DNA of 64,000 nucleotides. It comes from Antedon mediterranea (taxonomy: Eukaryota; Animalia; Echinodermata). This document shows, piece after piece, positions 12,720 through 25,400 of this stretch; the stretch's first letter is position 1; each line of letters opens with the position of its first letter. A program made the translations under genes and the position numbers. The stretch spans positions 9,206,201 through 9,270,200 of the forward strand of contig NC_092679.1 in the NCBI RefSeq assembly GCF_964355755.1, given 5' to 3'. The notes beneath the pieces were generated by a model. The model made no database searches. It was not told where the DNA came from and saw only the letters and a list, made by a program, of their open reading frames with translations.

Positions 12720-15700
12720 ATTGGTGTTTTTATTTAAACAAATTTTTTCGAAACTCACAAAATGGTCTAAAACGTCTCCAAATGCGATTTGAAGCTATTT
12801 TAAGCACTTTGGTGTTTTTGTGTTAACAAGTTTTTCGAAATGCTCAAAATGGTCTAAAACGTTTTTAAACACGATATTAAGCTATTTTGTGCTCTTTGAT
12901 GTTTTTTTGTGAAAAGTTTTAGCAAAATGCTCAAAATGGTCTAAAACGATTTCTAATGTGATTTTAAGCACTTTGATGTTTTTATGTTAACTAGTTTTTT
13001 CGAAAATCACAAAATGGTCTAAAACGTCTCCAAATGCGATTTGAAGCTATTTTAAGCACTTAGGTGCTTTTGTGTAACCAAGTTTTTTTGAAAATCACAA
13101 AAGGGTCTAAAATGTCTCCAAATGTGATTTGAAGCTATTTTAAGCAGTTTGGTGTTTTTGTGTTAACAAGTTTTTCGAAAATCACAAAATTGTCTAAAAC
13201 GTCTCCAAATGCGATTTGAAGCTATTCTGTACACTTTGATGTTTTTATGTTAACAAGTTTTTTAGAAAATCACAAAATGGTCTAAAACATCTCCAAATGC
13301 GATTTAAAGCTATTTTAAGCACTTTGGTGTTTTTATGTTAACAAGTTTTTTCGAAAATCACAAAATGGTCTAAAACGTCTCCAAATGCGATTTGAAGCTA
13401 TTTTAAGCACTTTGGTGTTTTTGTGTTAACAAGTTTTTCGAAATGCTCAAAATGGTCTAAAACGTTTCCAAATGCGATTTGAAGCTATTCTGTACACTTT
13501 GATGTTTTGTGTGAAAATTTTCTGTCGAAATGCTCAAAATGGTCAAAAACGTTTTTAAATACGATATTAAGCTACTTTGTGCTCTTTGATGTTTTTGTGT
13601 GAAATGTTTTATCAAAATGCTCAAAATGGTCTAAAACGGTTTCTAATGTGATTTCAAGCACTTTGATGTTTTTGTGTAACCAAGTTTTTCGAAAATCACA
13701 AAATTGTCTAAAACGTCTCCAAATGCGATTTGAAGCTATTCTGTACACTTTGATGTTTTTATGTTAACAAGTTTTTCGAAAATCACAAAATGGTCTAAAA
13801 CGTCTCCAAATGCGATTTTAAGCTATTCTAAGCACTTTGGTGTTTTTATGTTAACAAGTTTTTTTGAAAATCACAAAATGGTCTAAAACGTCTCTAAATG
13901 CGATTTGAAGCTTTTCTGTACACTTTGATGTTTTTATGTTAACAACTTTTTTCGAAAATCACAAAATGGTCTAAAATGTCTCCAAATGCGATTTGAAGCT
14001 ATTTTAAGCACTTTGGTGTCTTTATGGAAACAATTTTTTTCGAAAATCACAAAATGGTCTAAAACGTCTCCAATAGCGATTTGAAGCTTTTCTGTACACT
14101 TTGGTGTTTTTATGTTAACAATTTTTTTCGAAAATCACAAAATGGTCTAAAACGTCTCCAAATGCGATTTGAAGCTATTCTGTACACTTTGATGTTTTTA
14201 TGTTAACAAGTTTTTTCGAAAATCACAAAATGGTCTAAAACGTTTCCAAATGCGATTTGAAGCTATTCTGTACACTTTGATGTTTTGTGTGAAAATTTTC
14301 TGTCGAAATGCTCAAAATGGTCAAAAACGTTTTTAAATACGATATTAAGCTACTTTGTGCTCTTTGATGTTTTTGTGTGAAATGTTTTATCGAAATGCTC
14401 AAAATGGTCTAAAACGGTTTCTAATGTGATTTCAAGCACTTTGATGTTTTTGTGTAACCAAGTTTTTCGAAAATCACAAAATTGTCTAAAACGTCTCCAA
14501 ATGCGATTTGAAGCTATTCTGTACACTTTGGTGTTTTTATGTTAACAAGTTTTTTCGAAAATCACAAAATGGTCTAAAACGTCTCCAAATACGATTTAAA
14601 GCTATTTTAAGCACTTTTGTGTTTTTGTGTAACCAAGTTTTTTCGAAAATCACAAAAGGGTCTAAAATGTCTGTAAATGCGATTTGAAGCTATTTAAAGC
14701 ACTTTGGTGTTTTTAGGTTAACAAGTTTTTTCGAAAATCACAAAATGGTCTAAAACGTCTACAAATGCGATTTGAAGCTATTCTAAGCACTTTTGTGTTT
14801 TTATGTTAACAAGTTTTTTCGAAAATCACAAAATGGTCTAAAACGTCTCCAAATGCGATTTGAAGCTATTTTAAGCACTTTGGTGTTTTTGTGTTAACAA
14901 GTTTTTCGAAATGCTCAAAATGGTCTAAAACGTCTCCAAATGCGATTTGAAGCTATTCTAAGCACTTTGGTGTTTTTATGTTAACAAGTTTTTTCGAAAA
15001 TCACAAAATGGTATAAAACGTCTCCAAATGCGATTTGAAGTTTTTCTAAGCACTTTGGTGTTTTTATGTTAACAAGTTTTTTCGAAAATCACAAAATGGT
15101 CTAAAACGTTTCCAAATGCGATTTGAAGCTATTCTGTACACTTTGATGTTTTGTGTGAAAATTTTCTTTTGAAATGCTCAAAATGGTCAAAAACGTTTTT
15201 AAATACGATATTAAGCTACTTTGTGCTCTTTGATGTTTTTGTGTGAAATGTTTTATCGAAATGCTCAAAATGGTCTAAAACGGTTTCTAATGCGATTTTA
15301 AGCTATTCTAAGCACTTTTGTGTTTTTATGTTAACAAGTTTTTTTGAAAATCACAAAATGGTCTAAAACGTCTCTAAATGCGATTTGAAGCTTTTCTGTA
15401 CACTTTGATGTTTTTATGTTAACAACTTTTTTCGAAAATCACAAAATGGTCTAAAATGCGATTTTAAGCTATTCTAAGCACTTTGGTGTTTTTATGTTAA
15501 CAAGTTTTTTTGAAAATCACAAAATGGTCTAAAACGTCTCTAAATGCGATTTGAAGCTTTTCTGTACACTTTGATGTTTTTATGTTAACAAGTTTTTTCG
15601 AAAATCACAAAATGGTCTAAAATGTCTCCAAATGCGATTTGAAGCTATTCTAAGCACTTTGGTGTTTTTATGGAAACAATTTTTTTCGAAAATCACAAAA

Positions 15701-18700
15701 TGGTCTAAAACGTCTCCAATAGCGATTTCAAGCTTTTCTTTACACTTTGGTGTTTTTATGTTAACAAGTTTTTTCGAAAATCACAAAATGGTCTAAAACG
15801 TCTCCAAATGCGATTTGAAGCTATTCTGTACACTTTGATGTTTTTATGTTAACAAGTTTTTTCGAAAATCACAAAATGGTCTAAAATGTCTCCAAATGCG
15901 ATTTGAAGCTATTCTAAGCACTTTGGTGTTTTTATGGAAACATTTTTTTTCGAAAATCACAAAATGGTCTAAAACGTCTCCAATAGTGATTTGAAGCTTT
16001 TCTTTACACTTTGGTGTTTTTATGTTAAGTTTTTTCGAAAATCACAAAATGGTCTAAAACGTCTCCAAATTCGATTTGAAGCTATTCTGTACACTTTGAT
16101 GTTTTTATGTTAACAAGTTTTTTCGAAAATCACAAAATGGTCTAAAACGTCTACAAATGCGATTTGAAGCTATTCTAAGCACTTTTGTGTTTTTATGTTA
16201 ACAAGTTTTTTCGAAAATCACAAAATGGTCTAAAACGTCTGCAAATGCGATTTGAAACTATTCTTAGCACATTGGTGTTTTTATTTAAACAAATTTTTTC
16301 GAAACTCACAAAATGGTCTAAAACGTCTCCAAATGCGATTTGAAGCTATTTTAAGCACTTTAGTGTTTTTGTGTTAACAAGTTTTTCGAAATGCTCAAAA
16401 TGGTCTAAAACGTTTTTAAACACGATATTAAGCTCACAAAACGTCTCCAAATGCGATTTGAAGCTATTCTGTACACTTTGATGTTTTTATGTTAACAAGT
16501 TTTTCTTTACACTTTGGTGTTTTTATGTTAACAAGTTTTTTCGAAAATCACAAAATGGTCTAAAACGATTTCTAATGTGATTTTAAGCACTTTGATGTTT
16601 TTATGTTAACTAGTTTTTTCGAAAATCACAAAATGGTCTAAAACGTCTCCAAATGCGATTTGAAGCTATTTTAAGCACTTAGGTGCTTTTGTGTAACCAA
16701 GTTTTTTTGAAAATCACAAAAGGGTCTAAAATGTCTCCAAATGTGATTTGAAGCTATTTTAAGCACTTTGGTGTTTTTGTGTTAACAAGTTTTTCGAAAA
16801 TCACAAAATTGTCTAAAACGTCTCCAAATGCGATTTGAAGCTATTCTGTACACTTTGATGTTTTTATGTTAACAAGTTTTTTAGAAAATCACAAAATGGT
16901 CTAAAACATCTCCAAATGCGATTTAAAGCTATTTTAAGCACTTTAGTGTTTTTATGTTAACATGTTTTTTCGAAAATCACAAAATGGTCTAAAACGTCTC
17001 CAAATGCGATTTGAAGCTATTTTAAGCACTTTGGTGTTTTTGTGTTAACAAGTTTTTCGAAATGCTCAAAATGGTCTAAAACGTTTCCAAATGCGATTTG
17101 AAGCTATTCTGTACACTTTGATGTTTTGTGTGAAAATTTTCTGTCGAAATGCTCAAAATGGTCAAAAACGTTTTTAAATACGATATTAAGCTACTTTGTG
17201 CTCTTTGATGTTTTTGTCTGAAATGTTTTATCGAAATGCTCAAAATGGTCTAAAACGGTTTCTAATGTGATTTCAAGCACTTTGATGTTTTTGTGTAACC
17301 AAGTTTTTCGAAAATCACAAAATTGTCTAAAACGTCTCCAAATGCGATTTGAAGCTATTCTGTACTCTTTGATGTTTTTATGTTAACAAGTTTTTCGAAA
17401 ATCACAAAATGGTCTAAAACGTCTCCAAATGCGATTTTAAGCTATTCTAAGCACTTTGGTGTTTTTATGTTAACAAGTTTTTTTGAAAATCACAAAATGG
17501 TCTAAAACGTCTCTAAATGCGATTTGAAGCTTTTCTGTACACTTTGATGTTTTTATGTTAACAAGTTTTTTCGAAAATCACAAAATGGTCTAAAATGTCT
17601 CCAAATGCGATTTGAAGCTATTCTAAGCACTTTGGTGTTTTTATGTTAAAAAGTTTTTTCGAAAATCACAAAATGGTCTAAAACGTCTACAAATGCGATT
17701 TGAAGCTATTCTAAGCACTTTTGTGTTTTTATTTAAACAAATTTTTTCGAAACTCACAAAATGGTCTAAAACGTCTCCAAATGCGATTTGAAGCTATTTT
17801 AAGCACTTTGGTGTTTTTGTGTTAACAAGTTTTTCGAAATGCTCAAAATGGTCTAAAACGTTTTTAAACACGATATTAAGCTATTTTGTGCTCTTTGATG
17901 TTTTTTTGTGAAAAGTTTTAGCAAAATGCTCAAAATGGTCTAAAACGATTTCTAATGTGATTTTAAGCACTTTGATGTTTTTATGTTAACTAGTTTTTTT
18001 GAAAATCACAAAATGGTCTAAAACGTCTCCAAATGCGATTTGAAGCTATTTTAAGCACTTAGGTGCTTTTGTGTAACCAAGTTTTTTTGAAAATCACAAA
18101 AGGGTCTAAAATGTCTCCAAATGTGATTTGAAGCTATTTTAAGCAGTTTGGTGTTTTTGTGTTAACAAGTTTTTCGAAAATCACAAAATTGTCTAAAACG
18201 TCTCCAAATGCGATTTGAAGCTATTCTGTACACTTTGATGTTTTTATGTTAACAAGTTTTTTAGAAAATCACAAAATGGTCTAAAACATCTCCAAATGCG
18301 ATTTAAAGCTATTTTAAGCACTTTGGTGTTTTTATGTTAACAAGTTTTTTCGAAAATCACAAAATGGTCTAAAACGTCTCCAAATGCGATTTGAAGCTAT
18401 TTTAAGCACTTTGGTGTTTTTGTGTTAACAAGTTTTTCGAAATGCTCAAAATGGTCTAAAACGTTTCCAAATGCGATTTGAAGCTATTCTGTACACTTTG
18501 ATGTTTTGTGTGAAAATTTTCTGTCGAAATGCTCAAAATGGTCAAAAACGTTTTTAAATACGATATTAAGCTACTTTGTGCTCTTTGATGTTTTTGTGTG
18601 AAATGTTTTATCAAAATGCTCAAAATGGTCTAAAACGGTTTCTAATGTGATTTCAAGCACTTTGATGTTTTTGTGTAACCAAGTTTTTCGAAAATCACAA

Positions 18701-19480
18701 AATTGTCTAAAACGTCTCCAAATGCGATTTGAAGCTATTCTGTACACTTTGATGTTTTTATGTTAACAAGTTTTTCGAAAATCACAAAATGGTCTAAAAC
18801 GTCTCCAAATGCGATTTTAAGCTATTCTAAGCACTTTGGTGTTTTTATGTTAACAAGTTTTTTTGAAAATCACAAAATGGTCTAAAACGTCTCTAAATGC
18901 GATTTGAAGCTTTTCTGTACACTTTGATGTTTTTATGTTAACAACTTTTTTCGAAAATCACAAAATGGTCTAAAATGTCTCCAAATGCGATTTGAAGCTA
19001 TTCTAAGCACTTTGGTGTCTTTATGGAAACAATTTTTTTCGAAAATCACAAAATGGTCTAAAACGTCTCCAATAGCGATTTGAAGCTTTTCTGTACACTT
19101 TGGTGTTTTTATGTTAACAATTTTTTTCGAAAATCACAAAATGGTCTAAAACGTCTCCAAATGCGATTTGAAGCTATTCTGTACACTTTGATGTTTTGTG
19201 TGAAAATTTTCTTTTGAAATGCTCAAAATGGTCAAAAACGTTTTTAAATACGATATTAAGCTACTTTGTGCTCTTTGATGTTTTTGTGTGAAATGTTTTA
19301 TCGAAATGCTCAAAATGGTCTAAAACGGTTTCTAATGCGATTTTAAGCTATTCTAAGCACTTTTGTGTTTTTATGTTAACAAGTTTTTTTGAAAATCACA
19401 AAATGGTCTAAAACGTCTCTAAATGCGATTTGAAACTTTTCTGTACACTTTGATGTTTTTATGTTAACAACTTTTTTCGA
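12720..19480. repeat. Duplicated block with 4999-bp offset, shifting to 4045 bp after an internal ~11-monomer indel
   Basis: AAGCAGTTTG (13142/18141), ATCAAAATGC (13611/18610) and CTTTGGTGTCTTT (14011/19010) have offset 4999. TCTAATGCGATTTT (15286/19331) has offset 4045. Confidence 0.8.
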
Positions 19481-22400
19481 AAATCACAAAATGGTCTAAA
19501 ATGTCTCCAAATGCGATTTGAAGCTATTCTAAGCACTTTGGTGTTTTTATGGAAACAATTTTTTTCGAAAATCACAAAATGGTCTAAAACGTCTCCAATA
19601 GCGATTTGAAGCTTTTCTGTACACTTTGATGTTTTTATGTTAACAAGTTTTTTCGAAAATCACAAAATGGTCTAAAACGTCTCCAAATGCGATTTGGAGC
19701 TATTCTGTACACTTTGATGTTTTTATGTTAACAAGTTTTTTCGAAAATCACAAAATGGTCTAAAACGTTTCCAAATGCGATTTGAAGCTATTCTGTACAC
19801 TTTGATGTTTTGTGTGAAAATTTTCTGTCGAAATGCTCAAAATGGTCAAAAACGTTTTTAAATACGATATTAAGCTACTTTGTGCTCTTTGATGTTTTTT
19901 TGTGAAATGTTTTATCGAAATGCTCAAAATGGTCTAAAACGGTTTCTAATGTGATTTCAAGAACTTTTATGTTTTTGTGTAACCAAGATTTTCGAAAATC
20001 ACAAAATTGTCTAAAACGTCTCCAAATGCGATTTGAAGCTATTCTGTACACTTTGATGTTTTTATGTTAACAAGTTTTTCGAAAATCACAAAATGGTCTA
20101 AAACGTCTCCAAATGCGATTTGAAGCTATTCTGTACACTTTGATGTTTTTATGTTAACAAGTTTTTCGAAAATCACAAAATGGTCTAAAACGTCTCTAAA
20201 TGCGATTTGAAGCTTTTCTGTACACTTTGATGTTTTTATGTTAACAACTTTTTTCGAAAATCACAAAATGGTCTAAAACGTCTACAAATGCGATTTGAAG
20301 CTATTCTAAGCACTTTTGTGTTTTTATGTTAACAAGTTTTTTCGAAAATAACAAAATGGTCTAAAACGTCTGCAAATGCGATTTGAAGCTATTTTAAGCA
20401 CTTTGGTGTTTTTGTGTTAACAAGTTTTTCGAAATGCTCAAAATGGTCTAAAACGTTTCCAAATGCGATTTGAAGCTATTCTGTACACTTTGATGTTTTG
20501 TGTGAAAATTTTCTGTCGAAATGCTCAAAATGGTCAAAAACGTTTTTAAATACGATATTAAGCTACTTTGTGCTCTTTGATGTTTTTGTGTGAAATGTTT
20601 TATCGAAATGCTCAAAATGGTTTAAAACGGTTTCTAATGTGATTTCAAGCACTTTGATGTTTTTGTGTAACCAAGTTTTTCGAAAATCACAAAATTGTCT
20701 AAAACGTCTCCAAATGCGATTTGAAGCTATTCTGTACACTTTGGTGTTTTTATGTTAACAAGTTTTTTCGAAAATCACAAAATGGTCTAAAACGTCTCCA
20801 AATGCGATTTAAAGCTATTTTAAGCACTTTTGTGTTTTTGTATTAACAAGTTTTTCGAAAATCACAAAATGGTCTAAAACGTTTCCAAATGCGATTTGAA
20901 GCTATTCTGTACACTTTGATGTTTTGTGTGAAAATTTTCTTTCGAAATGCTCAAAATGGTCAAAAAAGTTTTTAAATACGATATTAAGCTACTTTGTGCT
21001 CTTTGATGTTTTTGTGTGAAATGTTTTATCGAAATGCTCAAAATGGTCTAAAACGGTTTCTAATGTGATTTCAAGCACTTTGATGTTTTTGTGTAACCAA
21101 GTTTTTCGAAAATCACAAAATTGTCTAAAACGTCTCCAAATGCGATTTGAAGCTATTCTGTACACTTTGATGTTTTTATGTTAACAAGTTTTTCGAAAAT
21201 CACAAAATGGTCTAAAACGTCTCCAAATGCGATTTGAAGCTATTCTGTACACTTTGATGTTTTTATGTTAACAAGTTTTTCGAAAATCACAAAATGGTCT
21301 AAAACGTCTCTAAATGCGATTTGAAGCTTTTCTGTACACTTTGATGTTTTTATGTTAACAACTTTTTTCGAAAATCACAAAATGGTCTAAAATGTCTCCA
21401 AATGCGATTTGAAGCTATTCTAAGCACTTTGATGTTTTTATGTTACCAAGTTTTTTCGAAAATCACAAAATGGTCTAAAATGTCTCCAATAGCGATTTTA
21501 AGCTATTCTGTACACTTTGATGTTTTTATGTTAACAAGTTTTTCGAAAATCACAAAATGGTCTAAAACGTCTCCAAATGCGATTTTAAGCTATTCTAAGC
21601 ACTTTGGTGTTTTTATGTTAACAAGTTTTTTTGAAAATCACAAAATGGTCTAAAACGTCTCTAAATGCGATTTGAAGCTTTTCTGTACACTTTGATGTTT
21701 TTATGTTAACAACTTTTTTCGAAAATCACAAAATGGTCTAAAATGTCTCCAAATGCGATTTGAAGCTATTCTAAGCACTTTGGTGTTTTTATGGAAACAA
21801 TTTTTTTCGAAAATCACAAAATGGTCTAAAACGTCTCCAATAGCGATTTGAAGCTTTTCTGTACACTTTGGTGTTTTTATGTTAACAAGTTTTTTCGAAA
21901 ATCACAAAATGGTCTAAAACGTCTCCAAATGCGATTTGAAGCTAATCTGTACACTTTGATGTTTTTATGTTAACAAGTTTTTTCGAAGATCACAAAATGG
22001 TCTAAAACGTCTACAAATGCAATTTGAAGCTATTCTAAGCACTTTTGTGTTTTTATGTTAACAAGTTTTTTCGAAAATCACAAAATGGTCTAAAACGTCT
22101 GCAAATGCGATTTTAAACTATTCTTAGCACATTGGTGTTTTTATTTAAACAAATTTTTTCGAAACTCACAAAATGGTCTAAAACGTCTCCAAATGCGATT
22201 TGAAGCTATTTTAAGCACTTTGGTGTTTTTGTGTTAACAAGTTTTTCGAAATGCTCAAAATGGTCTAAAACGTTTTTAAACACGATATTAAGCTATTTTG
22301 TGCTCTTTGGTGTTTTTTTGTGAAAAGTTTTAGCAAAATGCTCAAAATGGTCTAAAACGATTTCTAATGTGATTTTAAGCACTTTGATGTTTTTATGTTA

Positions 22401-25400
22401 ACTAGTTTTTTCGAAAATCACAAAATGGTCTAAAACGTCTCCAAATGCGATTTGAAGCTATTTTAAGCACTTAAGTGCTTTTGTGTAACCAAGTTTTTTT
22501 GAAAATCACAAAAGGGTCTAAAATGTCTCCAAATGTGATTTGAAGCTATTTTAAGCACTTTGGTGTTTTTGTGTTAACAAGTTTTTCGGAAATCACAAAA
22601 TTGTCTAAAACGTCTCCAAATGCGATTTGAAGCTATTCTGTACACTTTGATGTTTTTATGTTAACAAGTTTTTTAGAAAATCACAAAATGGTCTAAAACA
22701 TCTCCAAATGCGATTTAAAGCTATTTTAAGCACTTTGGTGTTTTTATGTTAACAAGTTTTTTCGAAAATCACAAAATGGTCTAAAACGTCTCCAAATGCG
22801 ATTTGAAGCTATTTTAAGCACTTTGGTGTTTTTGTGTTAACAAGTTTTTCGAAATGCTCAAAATGGTCTAAAACGTTTCCAAATGCGATTTGAAGCTATT
22901 CTGTACACTTTGATGTTTTGTGTGAAAATTTTCTGTCGAAATGCTCAAAATGGTCAAAAACGTTTTTAAATACGATATTAAGCTACTTTGTGCTCTTTGA
23001 TGTTTTTGTGTGAAATGTTTTATCGAAATGCTCAAAATGGTCTAAAACGGTTTCTAATGTGATTTCAAGCACTTTGATGTTTTTGTGTAACCAAGTTTTT
23101 CGAAAATCACAAAATTGTCTAAAACGTCTCCAAATGCGATTTGAAGCTATTCTGTACTCTTTGATGTTTTTATGTTAACAAGTTTTTCGAAAATCACAAA
23201 ATGGTCTAAAACGTCTCCAAATGCGATTTTAAGCTATTCTAAGCACTTTGGTGTTTTTATGTTAACAAGTTTTTTTGAAATCACAAAATGGTCTAAAACG
23301 TCTCTAAATGAGATTTGAAGCTTTTCTGTACATTTTGATGTTTTTATGTTAACAAGTTTTTTCGAAAATCACAAAATGGTCTAAAATGTCTCCAAATGCG
23401 ATTTGAAGCTATTCTAAGCACTTTGGTGTTTTTATGGAAACAATTTTTTTCGAAAATCACAAAATGGTCTAAAACGTCTCCAAATGTGATTTGAAGCTAT
23501 TCTGTACACTTTGATGTTTTTATGTTAGCAAGTTTTTTCGAAAATCACAAAATGGTCTAAAACGTCTACAAATGCGATTTGAAGCTAATCTGTACACTTT
23601 GATGTTTTTATGTTAACAAGTTTTTTCGAAAATCACAAAAGGGTCTAAAATGTCTGTAAATGCGATTTGAAGCTATTTAAAGCACTTTGGTGTTTTTAGG
23701 TTAACAAGTTTTTTCGAAAATCACAAAAGGGTCTAAAATGTCTGTAAATGCGATTTGAAGCTATTTAAAGCACTTTGGTGTTTTTAGGTTAGCAAGTTTT
23801 TTCGAAAATCACAAAATGGTCTAAAACGTCTACAAATGCGATTTGAAGCTATTCTAAGCACTTTTGTGTTTTTATGTTAACAAGTTTTTTCGAAAATCAC
23901 AAAATGGTCTAAAATGTCTCCAAATGCGATTTGAAGCTATTCTAAGCACTTTGGTGTTTTTATGGAAACAATTTTTTTCGAAAATCACAAAATGGTCTAA
24001 AACGTCTCCAAATGTGATTTGAAGCTATTCTGTACACTTTGATGTTTTTATGTTAGCAAGTTTTTTCGAAAATCACAAAATGGTCTAAAACGTCTACAAA
24101 TGCGATTTGTAGCTAATCTGTACACTTTGATGTTTTTATGTTAACAAGTTTTTTCGAAAATCACAAAAGGGTCTAAAATGTCTGTAAATGCGATTTGAAG
24201 CTATTTAAAGCACTTTGGTGTTTTTAGATTAACAAGTTTTTTCGAAAATCACAAAATGGTCTAAAACGTCTACAAATGCGATTTGAAGCTATTCTAAGCA
24301 CTTTTGTGTTTTTATGTTAACAAGTTTTTTCGAAAATCACAAAATGGTCTAAAACGTCTCCAAATGCGATTTGAAGCTATTTTAAGCACTTTGGTGTTTT
24401 TGTGTTAACAAGTTTTTCGAAAATCACAAAATGGTCTAAAACGTTTCCAAATGCGATTTGAAGCTATTCTGTACACTTTGATGTTTTGTGTGAAAATTTT
24501 CTTTCGAAATGCTCAAAATGGTCAAAAACGTTTTTAAATACGATATTAAGCTACTTTGTGCTCTTTGATGTTTTTGTGTGAAATGTTTTATCGAAATGCT
24601 CAAAATGGTCTAAAACGGTTTCTAATGTGATTTCAAGCACTTTGATGTTTTTGTGTAACCAAGTTTTTCGAAAATCACAAAATTGTCTAAAACGTCTCCA
24701 AATGCGATTTGAAGCTATTCTGTACACTTTGATGTTTTTATGTTAACAAGTTTTTCGAAAATCACAAAATGGTCTAAAACGTCTCTAAATGCGATTTGAA
24801 GCTTTTCTGTACACTTTAATGTTTTTATGTTAACTTTTTTCGAAAATCACAAAATGGTCTAAATTTTCTCCAAATGCGATTTGAAGCTATTCTAAGCACT
24901 TTGATGTTTTTATGTTAACAAGTTTTTTCGAAAATCACTAAATGGTCTAAAACGTCTCCAATAGCGATTTTAAGCTATTCTGTACACTTTGATGTTTTTA
25001 TGTTAACAAGTTTTTCGAAAATCACAAAATGGTCTAAAATGCGATTTTAAGCTATTCTAAGCACTTTGGTGTTTTTATGTTAACAAGTTTTTTTGAAAAT
25101 CACAAAATGGTCTAAAACGTCTCTAAATGCGATTTGAAGCTTTTCTGTACACTTTGATGTTTTTATGTTAACAACTTTTTTCGAAAATCACAAAATGGTC
25201 TAAAATGTCTCCAAATGCGATTTGAAGCTATTCTAAGCACTTTGGTGTTTTTATGGAAACAATTTTTTTCGAAAATCACAAAATGGTCTAAAACGTCTCC
25301 AATAGCGATTTGAAGCTTTTCTGTACACTTTGGTGTTTTTATGTTAACAAGTTTTTTCGAAAATCACAAAATGGTCTAAAACGTCTCCAAATGCGATTTG

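Larger units (their letters stand above)
1..12835. repeat. 5480-bp higher-order tandem unit (offset 8780 across the 3300-bp duplication)
   Basis: Position 1 matches 5481 and 8781. Markers TAACAGGTTT (2391/11171), AAATTTTCTC (3021/11801) and GTTAATAAGT (3601/12381) all have offset 8780 = 5480+3300. Confidence 0.88.
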
